This document shows, piece by piece, positions 48,901 through 57,493 of a DNA stretch of 64,000 nucleotides. The position numbers were made by a program, and so were the translations under genes. Source of the stretch: Verrucomicrobiales bacterium (GTDB lineage Bacteria; Verrucomicrobiota; Verrucomicrobiia; Verrucomicrobiales; V1-33); NCBI GenBank assembly GCA_043757865.1, contig JAYVOP010000169.1, positions 628 through 64,627 on the forward strand, read 5' to 3'. A model generated the notes under the pieces. That model was not told where the DNA came from. It saw nothing but the letters and a program-made list of their open reading frames with translations, and did no database searches. Numbering within the stretch: position 1 is the stretch's first letter; each line of letters opens with the position of its first letter.

Positions 48901-51900
48901 AACGCATAGCGCGCTGGTAACAACGTGTAAGTCCCCGCCCGCAAAGCTTCGCTGGCTCCCAGATATACTTGATCGCCAGCCTTCAGGCCGCCGTTTATAT
49001 AGCCTGGATCGCCTCCCAGGTTGCCAGCATTGCTGCTGTTATTGAATGCCCCGAAAGGCGCAAAGTTAGCGTTGTAACTCGGCATGACCGCAAAGCTAGT
49101 GGTCGAGGCCAAGATGTCTTTCGAGCCACCGATGCCTTGAATCCAACGATACGCATAGAGATCGCCCCCGCCGCTGATGTCGATCACCGAGCCTTGCTGC
49201 GTGTTCACTGCTAGACCAGCAATGTTGATCGCCTTCACTGGCGGCCCCGCCGTGGTGATGTCCGTGCCCGCTGGATCAATCCACGATGTGCCATTTTGCA
49301 GAATGCCATACGGAAATGTGAGACCACCACCAGAAATGGAAGTGAGGCTGCTAGGCAAGAGATTCACTGTTTTCGTAGAGCCTACTGCCAAGCCAGAAAA
49401 CGCATCCAGCGGAGCCGTGCCCGTGCCATCCCAGCCCAAATTTATAATGCCCAGCGGAGCGCGCAGGATGCCTCCCTGATTGATCACGCTAGCATAGACA
49501 TTGAGCGTCCCACCCGCCTCAAGCGGTAGATCTCGCCCGCCCGAGGGATTGATGGTGATGGTGCCGGACTGCGTGATGCCACTGATTTTATAGTCAGCCA
49601 CATTTAAAGTAAACAACGTAGCTGCCGCAGGATAAATTTGCGCAGCCGTTAAGTTTAGATGTCCGGCCATGTTCAGCGAGCCATCGCCACGAATGTCACC
49701 ATTCCTAGCCGTAAGATTGGCCAGCCCAATGCCTTGCAGCGAGAGATTCCCCATGTCGATATGATCCGCCGTGACGTTGAGAATGCCCGTGCCGTAAGTT
49801 GGTTTTGCGTCCGCCACCTTCGGCAAGACATCCAGTGCGTTGCTGGGCAGCAAGAACGCCTGACCCAGCGCCACGTAAGGCGCGGAGAGATTCACGGGGT
49901 CCTGCGTTTTGAGAAAACCAGAGTTAGCCACCAACAAACTACCACGCGCAGCAATGTCCACATTGCCCTTAAACTCCACCGCTCCAGATCCGCCTAACGT
50001 CAACGAATCGAAGCCTCCACTCAAAAAAGTATCCGCTGCAAAATAGCCCATACCAGGAGTAGCGTTTCCTCCCCCATTCCGCACGGCAGTGCCGATGCCT
50101 GCGAATCCAGCGGGCAGCGTGAGCCCGCTTTGTTTCACTAGCAACGAAGTGTCCAGCGGGGTCGGTGTATCCAGCGGATCATAATAACGACCCGACGTGA
50201 CGATCAAACTGCCGCCCAAGGCAGTAGCACCACCAGCAAATCCTTTGATCGTGGAATCCACAAACAGCTCTTGCGCACCACGCAGAATTACCGTGCCGCC
50301 ATTGCTATCAACGCGGGTGGCGGTGTTCAGGAAACGATACAGTGGAGAGGTAAGGCCGCTGGAAGTGAGCACCAGTGGAGTCGTTTCTGAGCCAAGGTAA
50401 TTCGGATGCAAGTCCAGCACACCGTTCGTCCCGGACACGTCGATCATGGAGCCAGCTTCAGCCACGATATTTCCTGACAACGTGACCGTGCCACCGGGCA
50501 ACACGCTGCCGACCCGACGCCCATAAGCATCTGGCTGCAAGACTACCATGCCAGCGGCCGACAACGAGCTGCGAGGCCCTAGATAGACCGTCGGCAGCGC
50601 TTGAGTGGCCGTTAGGTTCGAGGGAAATTTATTGGCTCCGGTGAGCGTGATGTTTCCACCCGGAGCAATCACAGAGCCGAGTAAGGCGATGGTATCCGCC
50701 TTGAAATTCACGGTGCTCAAGGGTGGGGTCCGCACGATGGCACCTTCGCCAAACGTCAAATCTCCGCGCACTTTGATGGCCGCATTGTAGTCATCCACGA
50801 CTGGCAACGAGCCAAAATTCAGCGTGAGCGCAGGCCGCATGGATTCGGGATACAGCACATGCGTGGTGGCAAAGGTCTCGCTGTTTGAAGGATACGGGAT
50901 CGCCAACAGACTGACCACTTGGGGAATGATAATCGTTTTTGGAGCCACGATTAAGCCCGGAATAAACTTGTCAGGATCTTCCGTCGCGCTACCAATGCCG
51001 TTGAGCGTAAACGTCGTGAACCCGCCCTCGTTAAAGAACTCCGGCTGTAAGATCGTGGTCCCGCGATAAGCCGAACGTCCGCCAATCTGGAGCAACAACG
51101 CCTGCAACGTCAGCGCTCCGCCTTTGGCATTCACTCCTGCATATCCCTTCAACGTCGCGCCTAATTCCAAGGTGCCACCGATTATGCCGGGCTTCGTGAC
51201 ATCGCGCCCCGTGTTGATAATGAGGCTGCCGCCATTGCCATAAGCCCTACTGCCCGTGGCTCCTAACGCCACGCCGCCAGAGACATCCAGCACCGCTCCC
51301 CGTTGCAGATTGGCGCTGAAACTATTGATCGTAATCGTGCCGCCATTCGTCAGCAATGGCAACGCCAGCGGATCGGGCGCGCTCAAGCGATCATCCACTA
51401 GCAAACCCGCCGTGCTCACGTTCGCCCCTGGAGCAATGGTCACATTACCACGTCCGACATTCGGCGGAGGCGACGCCGTGAGGAATGGCACCGCCCCGGG
51501 CGATAAATTGTAGGCGGTCAATTTCACAGTGCCACCTGGCAAAATAATGTTGCCCTGCACGTTAATGTTGGCTCCAGCCAAAGTCAGGCTACCGCTCGCA
51601 GGCCCCGTTAAATCAATGCCACGCGGCACTAGAATGTTCCCATCAGGATTGCTCACCCCAAAATTTCCAAAGCCAAATTCGCTAAGCCAAGTGGGGGGCA
51701 GCACCGTCTGCGCCACGCGCTCTGGCCGCAGCGCCAAGGGATTGCCACTGGCATCCACCGTGAATGGACCTGCGGCTGGCAAATGAGCATCGCCAAAGGA
51801 AACGCTGGGCGGTGTGGGAGAGAAATCGATCGGTACAGTGCCATTCAATTTCTGCGCAGTGAAATTTAGCTCTAGCGTGGACGCTTTCGCTAGCACGCTG

Positions 51901-54026
51901 CGTTGGCGCTCGCCATTGAGCGTATTGCCAAAGAAATCTCCATCCAGCGCCATCGCTGGCGAGGTGATCGCAAGTCGCCCACCATCCGCACCAAAGATGT
52001 AGCCAGGATCATAGTGGCTGTTCAACATCCACGGCACGGTATAGGTTTCACTAACGCCCCAGTGCGGATGATTCACTTTGAACAAACCATCGAAAATCCC
52101 TTGATACACCAAGTCTGGCGTCGCGTTGGCAATGTCTATCAGATGCCCATTCGCCCACACCCGGCTGGTCTGCACGAAGCCACCTTCAAAGTTTGTCCAG
52201 CCTGCGGAAACATCAATCTTGGCACCTTGCTGCACCACGACGGAACTGCCTGCATTCAGTTTCACAGAGCCCCCTGCAGTAGTTAGTTCACTCACGGAGC
52301 GCTGCACCACATTGAGGAATCCCGTGAGATCACCTAACGGCGTGCCGACCCACACTTGGCCGTTATAAACCCCCGTCTGCCGTAGATCCACGACCAGATT
52401 CACGCCCCGCAAGGCCCCCAGTCGTTGCAGCGGACTATCCGCTAATTCCGAGCCGCGTAACTGCACCACGATGATGTTTTCTGAAATGGGGGCAACGGCA
52501 TCCGTAGTGCCTGCCACATTGATCGTAGTGCCTGGCTCCAGATAAACTTGGCCACCAGAGAACAGCATACTGGAGTCAGGAGTAGCTCCAGAGATGTAAT
52601 TCCAAACCCCTGCGCTGATGGTCACGTTGGCATTCGGTGCCAGCAAGATGGCATCCGAATCTAGATGGATGGTCTTGCCAGAAATTTCCACTTTGCTAGG
52701 CAACGCGAGCTTGGTGCCGGACACCTTATCCGTGCTACTCCATTCCGGCAGGAGTTCCATGGCACTACCTTTACCTATTTCCACATGGCCGCTGGTGCGA
52801 TTCAGAAATCGCAGCGCAGTGTTGTCGGCGGAATTACTAACCGCATCGTAGTTGGCAGAAAGAATGATGCTGCCATTTAAAGAAACCGTAGTGCTAGAGC
52901 GCAGGCCGCCGAGCTGCTCCACGCGTTTCCCTGCCATGGTGATATTCCCGCGCATAGCTTCAATGTAACCGCTGTTGCGGGCAATGCCCACGATGCTAGC
53001 AACCGTCGGTGCGCCCGTCACGGCTCCAATGAACGTATCCAGACCTCGCACGCTAGGGTCTTCCGTGCGATGCGCCGTAAAGCCGACTTGCAAGCCAGCA
53101 GCCAAAATGGTCTGGCCATCCGGTGTTAGAATGCTGCCAGCGTTATGCACGTTAGGCCCCACTAGCGCGATGCGCCCGCCCACATGATCCGCTGAGGTGG
53201 GACTCGAAAGGATGGCTCCTACCTGCACGGTCACATCGCCAATCTTGCCCGCAGGCGGGAGCGGTGGCACGAAGGCAGAGGTCACTTTGCCAGCAGGCAG
53301 GTTCAGCGCGGAGAAAAGAAATTGTGAATCTGGATTATTCAGCAGACCGCGATTGATCAGGTTATCATTGATTGGCAATGACGAAGCCACCAACGTGTGG
53401 ACGTTCACTTGGCTGCCACTGCCAAAGATGATGCCATTTTGATTGATGATGTAAACTTGGCCCTGGGCGCTAATGGAACCCAGAATCTGCGAGGGCGACC
53501 CCGTGGGATCAGTCACGCGGTTAAAGGCTATCCACTGGCTGACGTTGGCTCCGCCTGCGCTTTGATCGAAATTTAAATGAGTGTCACGCCCCACATTAAA
53601 CGTGTTCCAGTTAATGAGCGCTTGCTGGCTCGTTTGCTTAATATTGACACTAGTGATAGCCCCATTTTGCGACTGCGTGGGAGCCTGCGCACCAATCGCA
53701 CTAGCGAAATGCAGCCCGCCTGGAGCTAGTCCATTGGGGATATTGAGAAGTTGTTGTCCTGGGTGATTGGGGTCCGCCCCCGCGTTGTTAGGCCCACTGC
53801 GGGCGGCAGCCTGCGCGGCGGCTTGTAAATTTTTGACCGCTTGGATTGACGAACTCGTGCGCGCTAAGGCATCACGCGCATTCGCGCGGGCTTGGGTGGC
53901 GGTAGCGGCGGTGGCGGCGGAGCTTCCAGAAGCGTTCGGGACATTGGCCGCCGTGCCTCCGCGCAGGATGTCGCCAGCCTGGAGCGACGTCGCGAGCGCC
54001 AGAAAAATGGAGCACAATGGTTTCAT
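42957..54026 (-). CDS. Giant TpsA-type exoprotein (filamentous-haemagglutinin family, N-terminal TPS domain, beta-helical repeats, DUF3739-like C-terminal region)
   Basis: The protein is 3689 aa with a signal peptide (MKPLCSIFLALATSLQA). The TPS domain reads NIKQTSQQALINWNTFNVGRDTHLNFDQ...NRVTDPTGSPSQILGSISAQGQVYIINQNGIIFG. Thousands of residues of G/A/T/S/N/L-rich beta-helix-like repeats follow. The C-terminal block reads GGDISIFAPGG...GGNISIFTDG...WSSTGDIAAGSSSKT...IDAGDAGIRS. After that comes PPPPPPAPAP and a charged tail, DEDPDEEERKRRAREAKEASEASEAIKPQ. Confidence 0.9.
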   Translation of the reverse strand: MKPLCSIFLALATSLQAGDILRGGTAANVPNASGSSAATAATATQARANARDALARTSSSIQAVKNLQAAAQAAARSGPNNAGADPNHPGQQLLNIPNGLAPGGLHFASAIGAQAPTQSQNGAITSVNIKQTSQQALINWNTFNVGRDTHLNFDQSAGGANVSQWIAFNRVTDPTGSPSQILGSISAQGQVYIINQNGIIFGSGSQVNVHTLVASSLPINDNLINRGLLNNPDSQFLFSALNLPAGKVTSAFVPPLPPAGKIGDVTVQVGAILSSPTSADHVGGRIALVGPNVHNAGSILTPDGQTILAAGLQVGFTAHRTEDPSVRGLDTFIGAVTGAPTVASIVGIARNSGYIEAMRGNITMAGKRVEQLGGLRSSTTVSLNGSIILSANYDAVSNSADNTALRFLNRTSGHVEIGKGSAMELLPEWSSTDKVSGTKLALPSKVEISGKTIHLDSDAILLAPNANVTISAGVWNYISGATPDSSMLFSGGQVYLEPGTTINVAGTTDAVAPISENIIVVQLRGSELADSPLQRLGALRGVNLVVDLRQTGVYNGQVWVGTPLGDLTGFLNVVQRSVSELTTAGGSVKLNAGSSVVVQQGAKIDVSAGWTNFEGGFVQTSRVWANGHLIDIANATPDLVYQGIFDGLFKVNHPHWGVSETYTVPWMLNSHYDPGYIFGADGGRLAITSPAMALDGDFFGNTLNGERQRSVLAKASTLELNFTAQKLNGTVPIDFSPTPPSVSFGDAHLPAAGPFTVDASGNPLALRPERVAQTVLPPTWLSEFGFGNFGVSNPDGNILVPRGIDLTGPASGSLTLAGANINVQGNIILPGGTVKLTAYNLSPGAVPFLTASPPPNVGRGNVTIAPGANVSTAGLLVDDRLSAPDPLALPLLTNGGTITINSFSANLQRGAVLDVSGGVALGATGSRAYGNGGSLIINTGRDVTKPGIIGGTLELGATLKGYAGVNAKGGALTLQALLLQIGGRSAYRGTTILQPEFFNEGGFTTFTLNGIGSATEDPDKFIPGLIVAPKTIIIPQVVSLLAIPYPSNSETFATTHVLYPESMRPALTLNFGSLPVVDDYNAAIKVRGDLTFGEGAIVRTPPLSTVNFKADTIALLGSVIAPGGNITLTGANKFPSNLTATQALPTVYLGPRSSLSAAGMVVLQPDAYGRRVGSVLPGGTVTLSGNIVAEAGSMIDVSGTNGVLDLHPNYLGSETTPLVLTSSGLTSPLYRFLNTATRVDSNGGTVILRGAQELFVDSTIKGFAGGATALGGSLIVTSGRYYDPLDTPTPLDTSLLVKQSGLTLPAGFAGIGTAVRNGGGNATPGMGYFAADTFLSGGFDSLTLGGSGAVEFKGNVDIAARGSLLVANSGFLKTQDPVNLSAPYVALGQAFLLPSNALDVLPKVADAKPTYGTGILNVTADHIDMGNLSLQGIGLANLTARNGDIRGDGSLNMAGHLNLTAAQIYPAAATLFTLNVADYKISGITQSGTITINPSGGRDLPLEAGGTLNVYASVINQGGILRAPLGIINLGWDGTGTAPLDAFSGLAVGSTKTVNLLPSSLTSISGGGLTFPYGILQNGTSWIDPAGTDITTAGPPVKAINIAGLAVNTQQGSVIDISGGGDLYAYRWIQGIGGSKDILASTTSFAVMPSYNANFAPFGAFNNSSNAGNLGGDPGYINGGLKAGDQVYLGASEALRAGTYTLLPARYALLPGAVLVTPQSGIPLGTVLKSDGASLVSGYRFNSLNGSREVLEIFSRWEVAPASVVRQRSEYQDYFANAWFTESATKRDATVPRLPIDAGQLVLAATTAMAVNGSVLATTSGGRGGLVDISSPVDILINTSGGAPVPGSLVLDAGQLNGFGAASLLIGGVRKMGANGTSVIVKTNHLTLDNASTPLTGPDIVLVANQALTLAASAQITQNGGTSGGADKISLNGDGLLVRVSSDPNAQVVRTGVTASTVPMMTVGAGVSLSGGSVTLDSTSATSLSPNASLLGQTVNLNSGQISLILNHAGALQPSTGLVLAGAALTNLQSASALNFLSYSSIDIYGTGQVGTASLNQLALHAAEIRGFNTGGGTARLMGQNIYLDNSPGRSAPGIIAAASGTLVLEGGTIHVGQGALNIDQYANVQLQASAGIINESSGSLKVEGNLFLTTPVIAGVAGSSQVLSAGGALTVQKPAGGGTAAITGGRGASLTLSGASLTQGSDILLPSGLLTLRATSGNLNIIGNLDLAGTGHVIQDLTKYSDGGQVKLTADIGNVTIGSGSVVRVAAAAGGGNAGGVSISAPLGQFVLDGSMAGQNGLGGRAGEFSLDAATIPDLDGTNATLNSTGFTAVRNFRIRTGDVTLGGVSNAQNFRLAVDAGKLTITGQINAAGNQGGSIALDASKSLILSSTAVLDASGLHFNSAGKGGDIFLATRGTAGGLLTLSAGSQIKLGVTDASGEGQFTGTLHLRAPQNASSSDLELSSIEGTITGASSIIAEGYKIFDLTNASGSTITTTVQNNVRNNGIMFVGDAGVASAGYNAMLARLTLSNAALQSVLRVQPGAEVINRTGDLILGTTSSTNTADWNLAGNRFGPLSVPGDLTLRAGGNLTFFNSLNDGFVTGAYTSLLLDQNPLLGANQQSYSYTLTAGADFTAANGNQVRAPSGLSATSGLLQLGKNGGLNLSTSPGTTAVTSTGIGTGGKLYQVIRTGSGNINVAAARDVQLLNQFSTIYTAGTKVTDATLGGQFAVPVLSLTGTQGALGAVQQSPGYAAQYTLAGGNVNIFAQGDIRHLTKNTAGALIDDSSRELPFNWLYRRGALDANGNFALSRNNEIASTSWWIDYSNFFEGVGALGGGNVSLTAGGDVRNVDAVAPTNARLTKGAAAASTLVELGGGNVMVNAGANIDGGAYYVERGQGTLNAGGEIKTNATRTPSLGSIINAAPLDSKTWLPTALFVGKGSFDVRARKDLLLGPVANPFWLPQGYSNTYWYKTYFNTYNASTAVSLSSLTGNVTLRTAVAAAGSTTATPILQTWLQNINLLTDNSVSRYQPWLRLDEASVTPFGVTSSIMPGTLKATAMAGNINLQGSLTLAPAARGTIDLVASGAINGLQAVGYNADLNGNVWSASIINLSDSNPDALPGVRTPFAFQSLLTNISVATRARETPNNLLDFVNQHFAESGSVNQALSDKQNLHAPGPLHIGDTQPLHLYAGTGDISGLNLFAGKSARVIAGNDIRDISFYLQNLTASDVSLVSAGRDITPYDATAPLRITAQSAGNSLATGEKPLLGDLQINGPGTLEVLAGRNLDLGSGASLQDGTGTGITSIGNARNPNLTFASSSLIVGAGVGGALGLESASLNFEAFITTYVTAANLSKYQTELAASFPGLTSGNFTALPREEQHRIALEVFYRLLRDSGREHNLAGGLNAGTYTSGLAAIASLFGTGTYVGDINTQSRDIRTKSGGDISIFAPGGKLSLATSVIGTPLAPPGIITESGGNISIFTDGNVDLGISRIFTLRGGNEIIWSSTGDIAAGSSSKTVASAPPTRVIIDPQSGDVKVDLAGLATGGGIGVLNTVAGLAPGSVDLIAVAGKIDAGDAGIRSAGTLNLAAPVIANAGNIAASGAASGAPAVAAPSSPSIAAAPPPPPPAPAPGPSTTDTPKTTAPTAEVPVSLVTVEITGYGGSNRDEDPDEEERKRRAREAKEASEASEAIKPQ

Positions 54027-54028
54027 AG

Positions 54029-54892
54029 CTAAGGCGCGGATTGTTTGAGTGCTTGCGCTAGGGTGAGTTCGTTGATGGACAAAGGATTTTCTTGCAGCAA
54101 CTTGGCCAGGACCTCCTTGGTGTTGATCTTAATTTTATCAGAGCGCATTTGCTGACGCAGTTGGGCGCGCACTTCATCTAGCAAAGGAGTGTAGGGTGCT
54201 TTGCTATCAAGCACCCTCACCACATGCCAGCCATCTTCCATTTTAATGGGCTCAGAAATGGCATTCAACGTGAGCTTGGGCAACAATGTGCGAATCTCTG
54301 GCTGCACATCAGTGTCCGCCACCCAACCAATCTCACCGCCCTTGCTAGCGCTGGCAGTTTCATCGCTGAACTCGTTGGCGAGGGAACTGAAGTCTGGTTT
54401 CCTGCCAGCCAAGGCCTTGCGCAGCGCTTCCAGCTTCGTCTTGGCGTTGGCGTTGGTAAGGTAGATCTGTGCGAGGCGATATTTCTTCGACTGCTGCAAC
54501 GCGGCCTTGCTCTCATTGTAAAATAGCTCCAATTCCGCATCGTTCGGAAAGGACTCCATCGGCTCGGCTTGCTTCTGTAAATAGGATTCCACCAGCGTCG
54601 TCTGTCGCACGCGCTCAAGCTGCGCCTTCACTTCTGGCTGCTCGTCGTATTTGGCCTCGGCCACTTTGCTCAACACTAATTTCTGCACTAGGACGGAGCG
54701 CACCAGTTGATTGAGCAAAGCCGGATTGTCGGCCAACGACGCCAGATCCTTCTGCGGTAAGTTGCCGAGCGACTCCTTGAGTTCTGGCAATTTCAATTCC
54801 GCCGGGCCGATCTTTGCAAGCACGCCCAAGCCCGTGGACTGTGCTAGCGCGCAGCTTGCGGAAAGGAGCACTATGGAACAAATGTGCTTCAT
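54029..54892 (-). CDS. Secreted parvulin-type peptidyl-prolyl isomerase (SurA/PpiD-like chaperone)
   Basis: The protein has a signal peptide. The PPIC rotamase domain reads FSSLANEFSDETASASKGGEIGWVA...EPIKMEDGWHVVRVLD. The stop lies 2 nt before the tpsA ATG. Confidence 0.75.
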   Translation of the reverse strand: MKHICSIVLLSASCALAQSTGLGVLAKIGPAELKLPELKESLGNLPQKDLASLADNPALLNQLVRSVLVQKLVLSKVAEAKYDEQPEVKAQLERVRQTTLVESYLQKQAEPMESFPNDAELELFYNESKAALQQSKKYRLAQIYLTNANAKTKLEALRKALAGRKPDFSSLANEFSDETASASKGGEIGWVADTDVQPEIRTLLPKLTLNAISEPIKMEDGWHVVRVLDSKAPYTPLLDEVRAQLRQQMRSDKIKINTKEVLAKLLQENPLSINELTLAQALKQSAP

Positions 54893-55560
54893 GGAACAGT
54901 TGGTTGACTAGGGGCCGTAGGCTTGGGCTTGGCTTGGGCATCATTTGGTTTCACCTTGGCGTCTTGCAGCTTGTCCTTGTAGTCCTGCACTAAAGTCTCC
55001 AGCTTCACCTTACTCAGCCCGGTGAATGGCTCCTTGGAGAGCAATGCCCGGCCTAATCCATAGTTCTCGTAACGTGTCAGAATTTCTTTTCCTAACTGAT
55101 ACAATTCCAGATTCTTGTTCTCCCGATCGAGCGCCTTCCGGTCCAGTTTGATGACTTCATCTGCCAACCGAGCGCGGTCATTTTCCTTCCCTTGCGCAGT
55201 GCTTTCCATCTTCTTGAAGGCGTCTTGCCACTGCTTTAGGGACTCATTGGCTTTCACCAAACGAGCCTCTTGGTCGGCAATCTTAGCTTTGGCATCGGCA
55301 CTATCCTTGTCTGTCCTCGCCTTGTCATCGGCACTGTTTTTCAGGGCCTGTTCCAGCTTCGCTTTCAAGTCCTTGTTGGCCGCTTCCGCCTCGTCCTTGG
55401 CGGCTTGCAACGTAGCCGCATCGCCTTGGGCAGTGCGCAGTTGCAGCATGGTGGTCTTTAATTGCTCGCGCATTTTGGCGATGGCCGGATCTGGTCCGGC
55501 GGCGGGTTCGGCGTGCGTAAAGGCCGTGAGTAAACTCAAAATGAGGAAAATTCGTTTCAT
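54889..55560 (-). CDS. Secreted coiled-coil protein of unknown function
   Basis: The start is the ATG at 55560 (MKRIFLILSLLTAFTHA signal). Long K/E/A/D/L heptad-like stretches follow. The stop overlaps the PPIase start as ATGA. Confidence 0.6.
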   Translation of the reverse strand: MKRIFLILSLLTAFTHAEPAAGPDPAIAKMREQLKTTMLQLRTAQGDAATLQAAKDEAEAANKDLKAKLEQALKNSADDKARTDKDSADAKAKIADQEARLVKANESLKQWQDAFKKMESTAQGKENDRARLADEVIKLDRKALDRENKNLELYQLGKEILTRYENYGLGRALLSKEPFTGLSKVKLETLVQDYKDKLQDAKVKPNDAQAKPKPTAPSQPTVP

Positions 55561-55561
55561 G

Positions 55562-57466
55562 TTAGAATTTGGTGCTGATGTCGATAAAGAAGACGTCGCT
55601 CTTGAGCGGCGGTCCGGCAATTTCTTGGGCACTCATCCATTGGAAGCCCACCTTGGTGCGCTTGGAGAGGGCCATGGAGGCTCCCAGGACAAAGCCTTTA
55701 GCATTGGTGCCACCGCCTGCAAATTCAGAATCAGTGAAGCCGTCGATGACTGCATCCGATTCCACATAGCGATAACCCACGAACGCATTCCAGTCATAGC
55801 GCTTAGCCAGCGCGGCCTTGCCCAGTTGCAGTTGCAGCATCCACGCGGTGTCACCACCTTCGTATTTTCCGATCTCTGTCGGCGTGGTGCGCGGCGTGGT
55901 GTCCGCCGTCGTGGTCGTAGTGGTTTTACCATCGGCCCCAGTGGTGGTGACATCGATCGTAGGCGGAGCGGGGTTCGGACCACGATTATTTACCGCTACT
56001 TTTTCGATGTCGCCCTGACGGAAAGCGAGGTTTTTCAGATACTCCCCTTTCAGCGATAACTGATAGGGTTCCCAATTATTGAAATCAATTTTCCCCGTGA
56101 GAGCCAGCACTTGGAAGGGCGTAGCATAGCCGAAATATTGATATTGATTGGTCGTGCCGAAGTTGTTCAACGGGCCTGGGACAATGTTTCTCAGTGCCAT
56201 GTAAGTATTCCCGCGTTGGGCAAAGGCGGGCCGTGTGGTGTCGGTGTTGCCCGCATCGGAGGCGCTAAGCGGCGTATAGGGATCAGACAATTTACCCTCG
56301 GCTCCTTTGAAATAATAGTAAGCCACGCCCACTTTGGCATCAATCTTCTTAGTCACTTGCCAATCAAAACCTACTTGGCCTGCGATGAGCCATTTGTCGG
56401 TACTATTATACTTGCTAGGTTGATTGCTACTGAAGTTTAGATCCGTGTTGTAGAAGGGCGAGAACGTGGCGTTTACAAACGGCGTGAAGCCTGGGACGAT
56501 CTCATATTTCCCCTGCAAGGCGATGCCGTCCATCCCCACGTCTTCATCAAAGAGCACGTCAGAACAGAAGAATGGATTATCAAAACGACCGAACGTGAGT
56601 GCGAGTTCCTTGCCTGGAATATCCCCCAGTTCCCATTTCATAAAGGCGCGGTCTAACCAGATGGCATACTTACTGAAATTACCACCTTGGCCACTGCCAG
56701 ATGCACCCAAACTTTGGTTAGTGGTCACTGGGCTGTTGCTTTCCCCAGTGCCAATGCGCAGCCCCCCCGTGAAGCCGTCACCAAGGTCTAACTCCGTGCC
56801 AATCCGAGCACGCAGTCTCATGCGAGAACGATTTGCATCAGTATTATATTGAGGGGAAAAATTCGTGCCGCTGGTATCAAATGGCGAGCCCGTGTTAATC
56901 GCGTTGAAGTTAGGAAAAGCACCCGTGTTATCATTTCCCTGCGGATAATTATCGACTTCAAAACGTAGCCGAATATCGCCAAAGGGCTTCCAACGGGAAA
57001 TCCATTCCGGCGTCTGGCCAGCGCCTGTCCACTTCTCCGTCTTAGCAGTGGCCATGACTTCGTCTTTGATTTCATCGCGAATTTTAGCACGTACGGTTTC
57101 GGGAATGTAGGGCACGCGCATGTCGTTATCACCCAACGGATCAGCCGTGGAGGCGGCACGAGCGTCTGCGGCGTCTTGCTCAGCTTGAGCGATCAGCGCT
57201 TGGCTTTCACCTTGAGTCAGAGCGCCTTTTTTCTCCAAAATGCGCAGCAGATTCACCATTGCATTTTGAGAGGGGGGATTGGCCGCAGCTTGCGGAGTTA
57301 CTAAATCACCCGCAGGCGGCAGCGCAGGAGCCTCCGGTGCTTCATTAGGTAAGGATGGCTCTGCAGGTGCAGCTTCTGGAGTTTGCGCAAACAGATTGGA
57401 TACACAAAGCGTAGAGGCTAGGAACAATGGCCAGGGACGGCCAACAAGACGGTAACGTTTTTTCAT
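55562..57466 (-). CDS. Outer-membrane beta-barrel protein (putative porin-like family)
   Basis: The protein has a signal peptide and a Pro/Ala-rich linker. Alternating beta-strand patterns run throughout. The C-terminus reads ...DVFFIDISTKF, and the terminal aromatic residue is an OMP beta-signal. The protein is 634 aa. Confidence 0.6.
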   Translation of the reverse strand: MKKRYRLVGRPWPLFLASTLCVSNLFAQTPEAAPAEPSLPNEAPEAPALPPAGDLVTPQAAANPPSQNAMVNLLRILEKKGALTQGESQALIAQAEQDAADARAASTADPLGDNDMRVPYIPETVRAKIRDEIKDEVMATAKTEKWTGAGQTPEWISRWKPFGDIRLRFEVDNYPQGNDNTGAFPNFNAINTGSPFDTSGTNFSPQYNTDANRSRMRLRARIGTELDLGDGFTGGLRIGTGESNSPVTTNQSLGASGSGQGGNFSKYAIWLDRAFMKWELGDIPGKELALTFGRFDNPFFCSDVLFDEDVGMDGIALQGKYEIVPGFTPFVNATFSPFYNTDLNFSSNQPSKYNSTDKWLIAGQVGFDWQVTKKIDAKVGVAYYYFKGAEGKLSDPYTPLSASDAGNTDTTRPAFAQRGNTYMALRNIVPGPLNNFGTTNQYQYFGYATPFQVLALTGKIDFNNWEPYQLSLKGEYLKNLAFRQGDIEKVAVNNRGPNPAPPTIDVTTTGADGKTTTTTTADTTPRTTPTEIGKYEGGDTAWMLQLQLGKAALAKRYDWNAFVGYRYVESDAVIDGFTDSEFAGGGTNAKGFVLGASMALSKRTKVGFQWMSAQEIAGPPLKSDVFFIDISTKF

Positions 57467-57493
57467 AGATGGGTTGAGAAAGGAAGCGAACGG

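Noticed and set aside
43069-53766. Dozens of plus-strand ORFs (up to 232 aa) inside tpsA
   Set aside because: They are antisense artefacts of a long, repetitive, GC-skewed coding region. The products are Pro/Ala/Ser/Arg-rich with no motifs, and the minus-strand frame is continuous for 11 kb.
55115-56059. 314-aa plus-strand ORF
   Set aside because: It lies antisense to the coiled-coil and porin-like genes. Its composition is low-complexity Ser/Ala/Leu, mirroring the K/E/A codons of the real gene.
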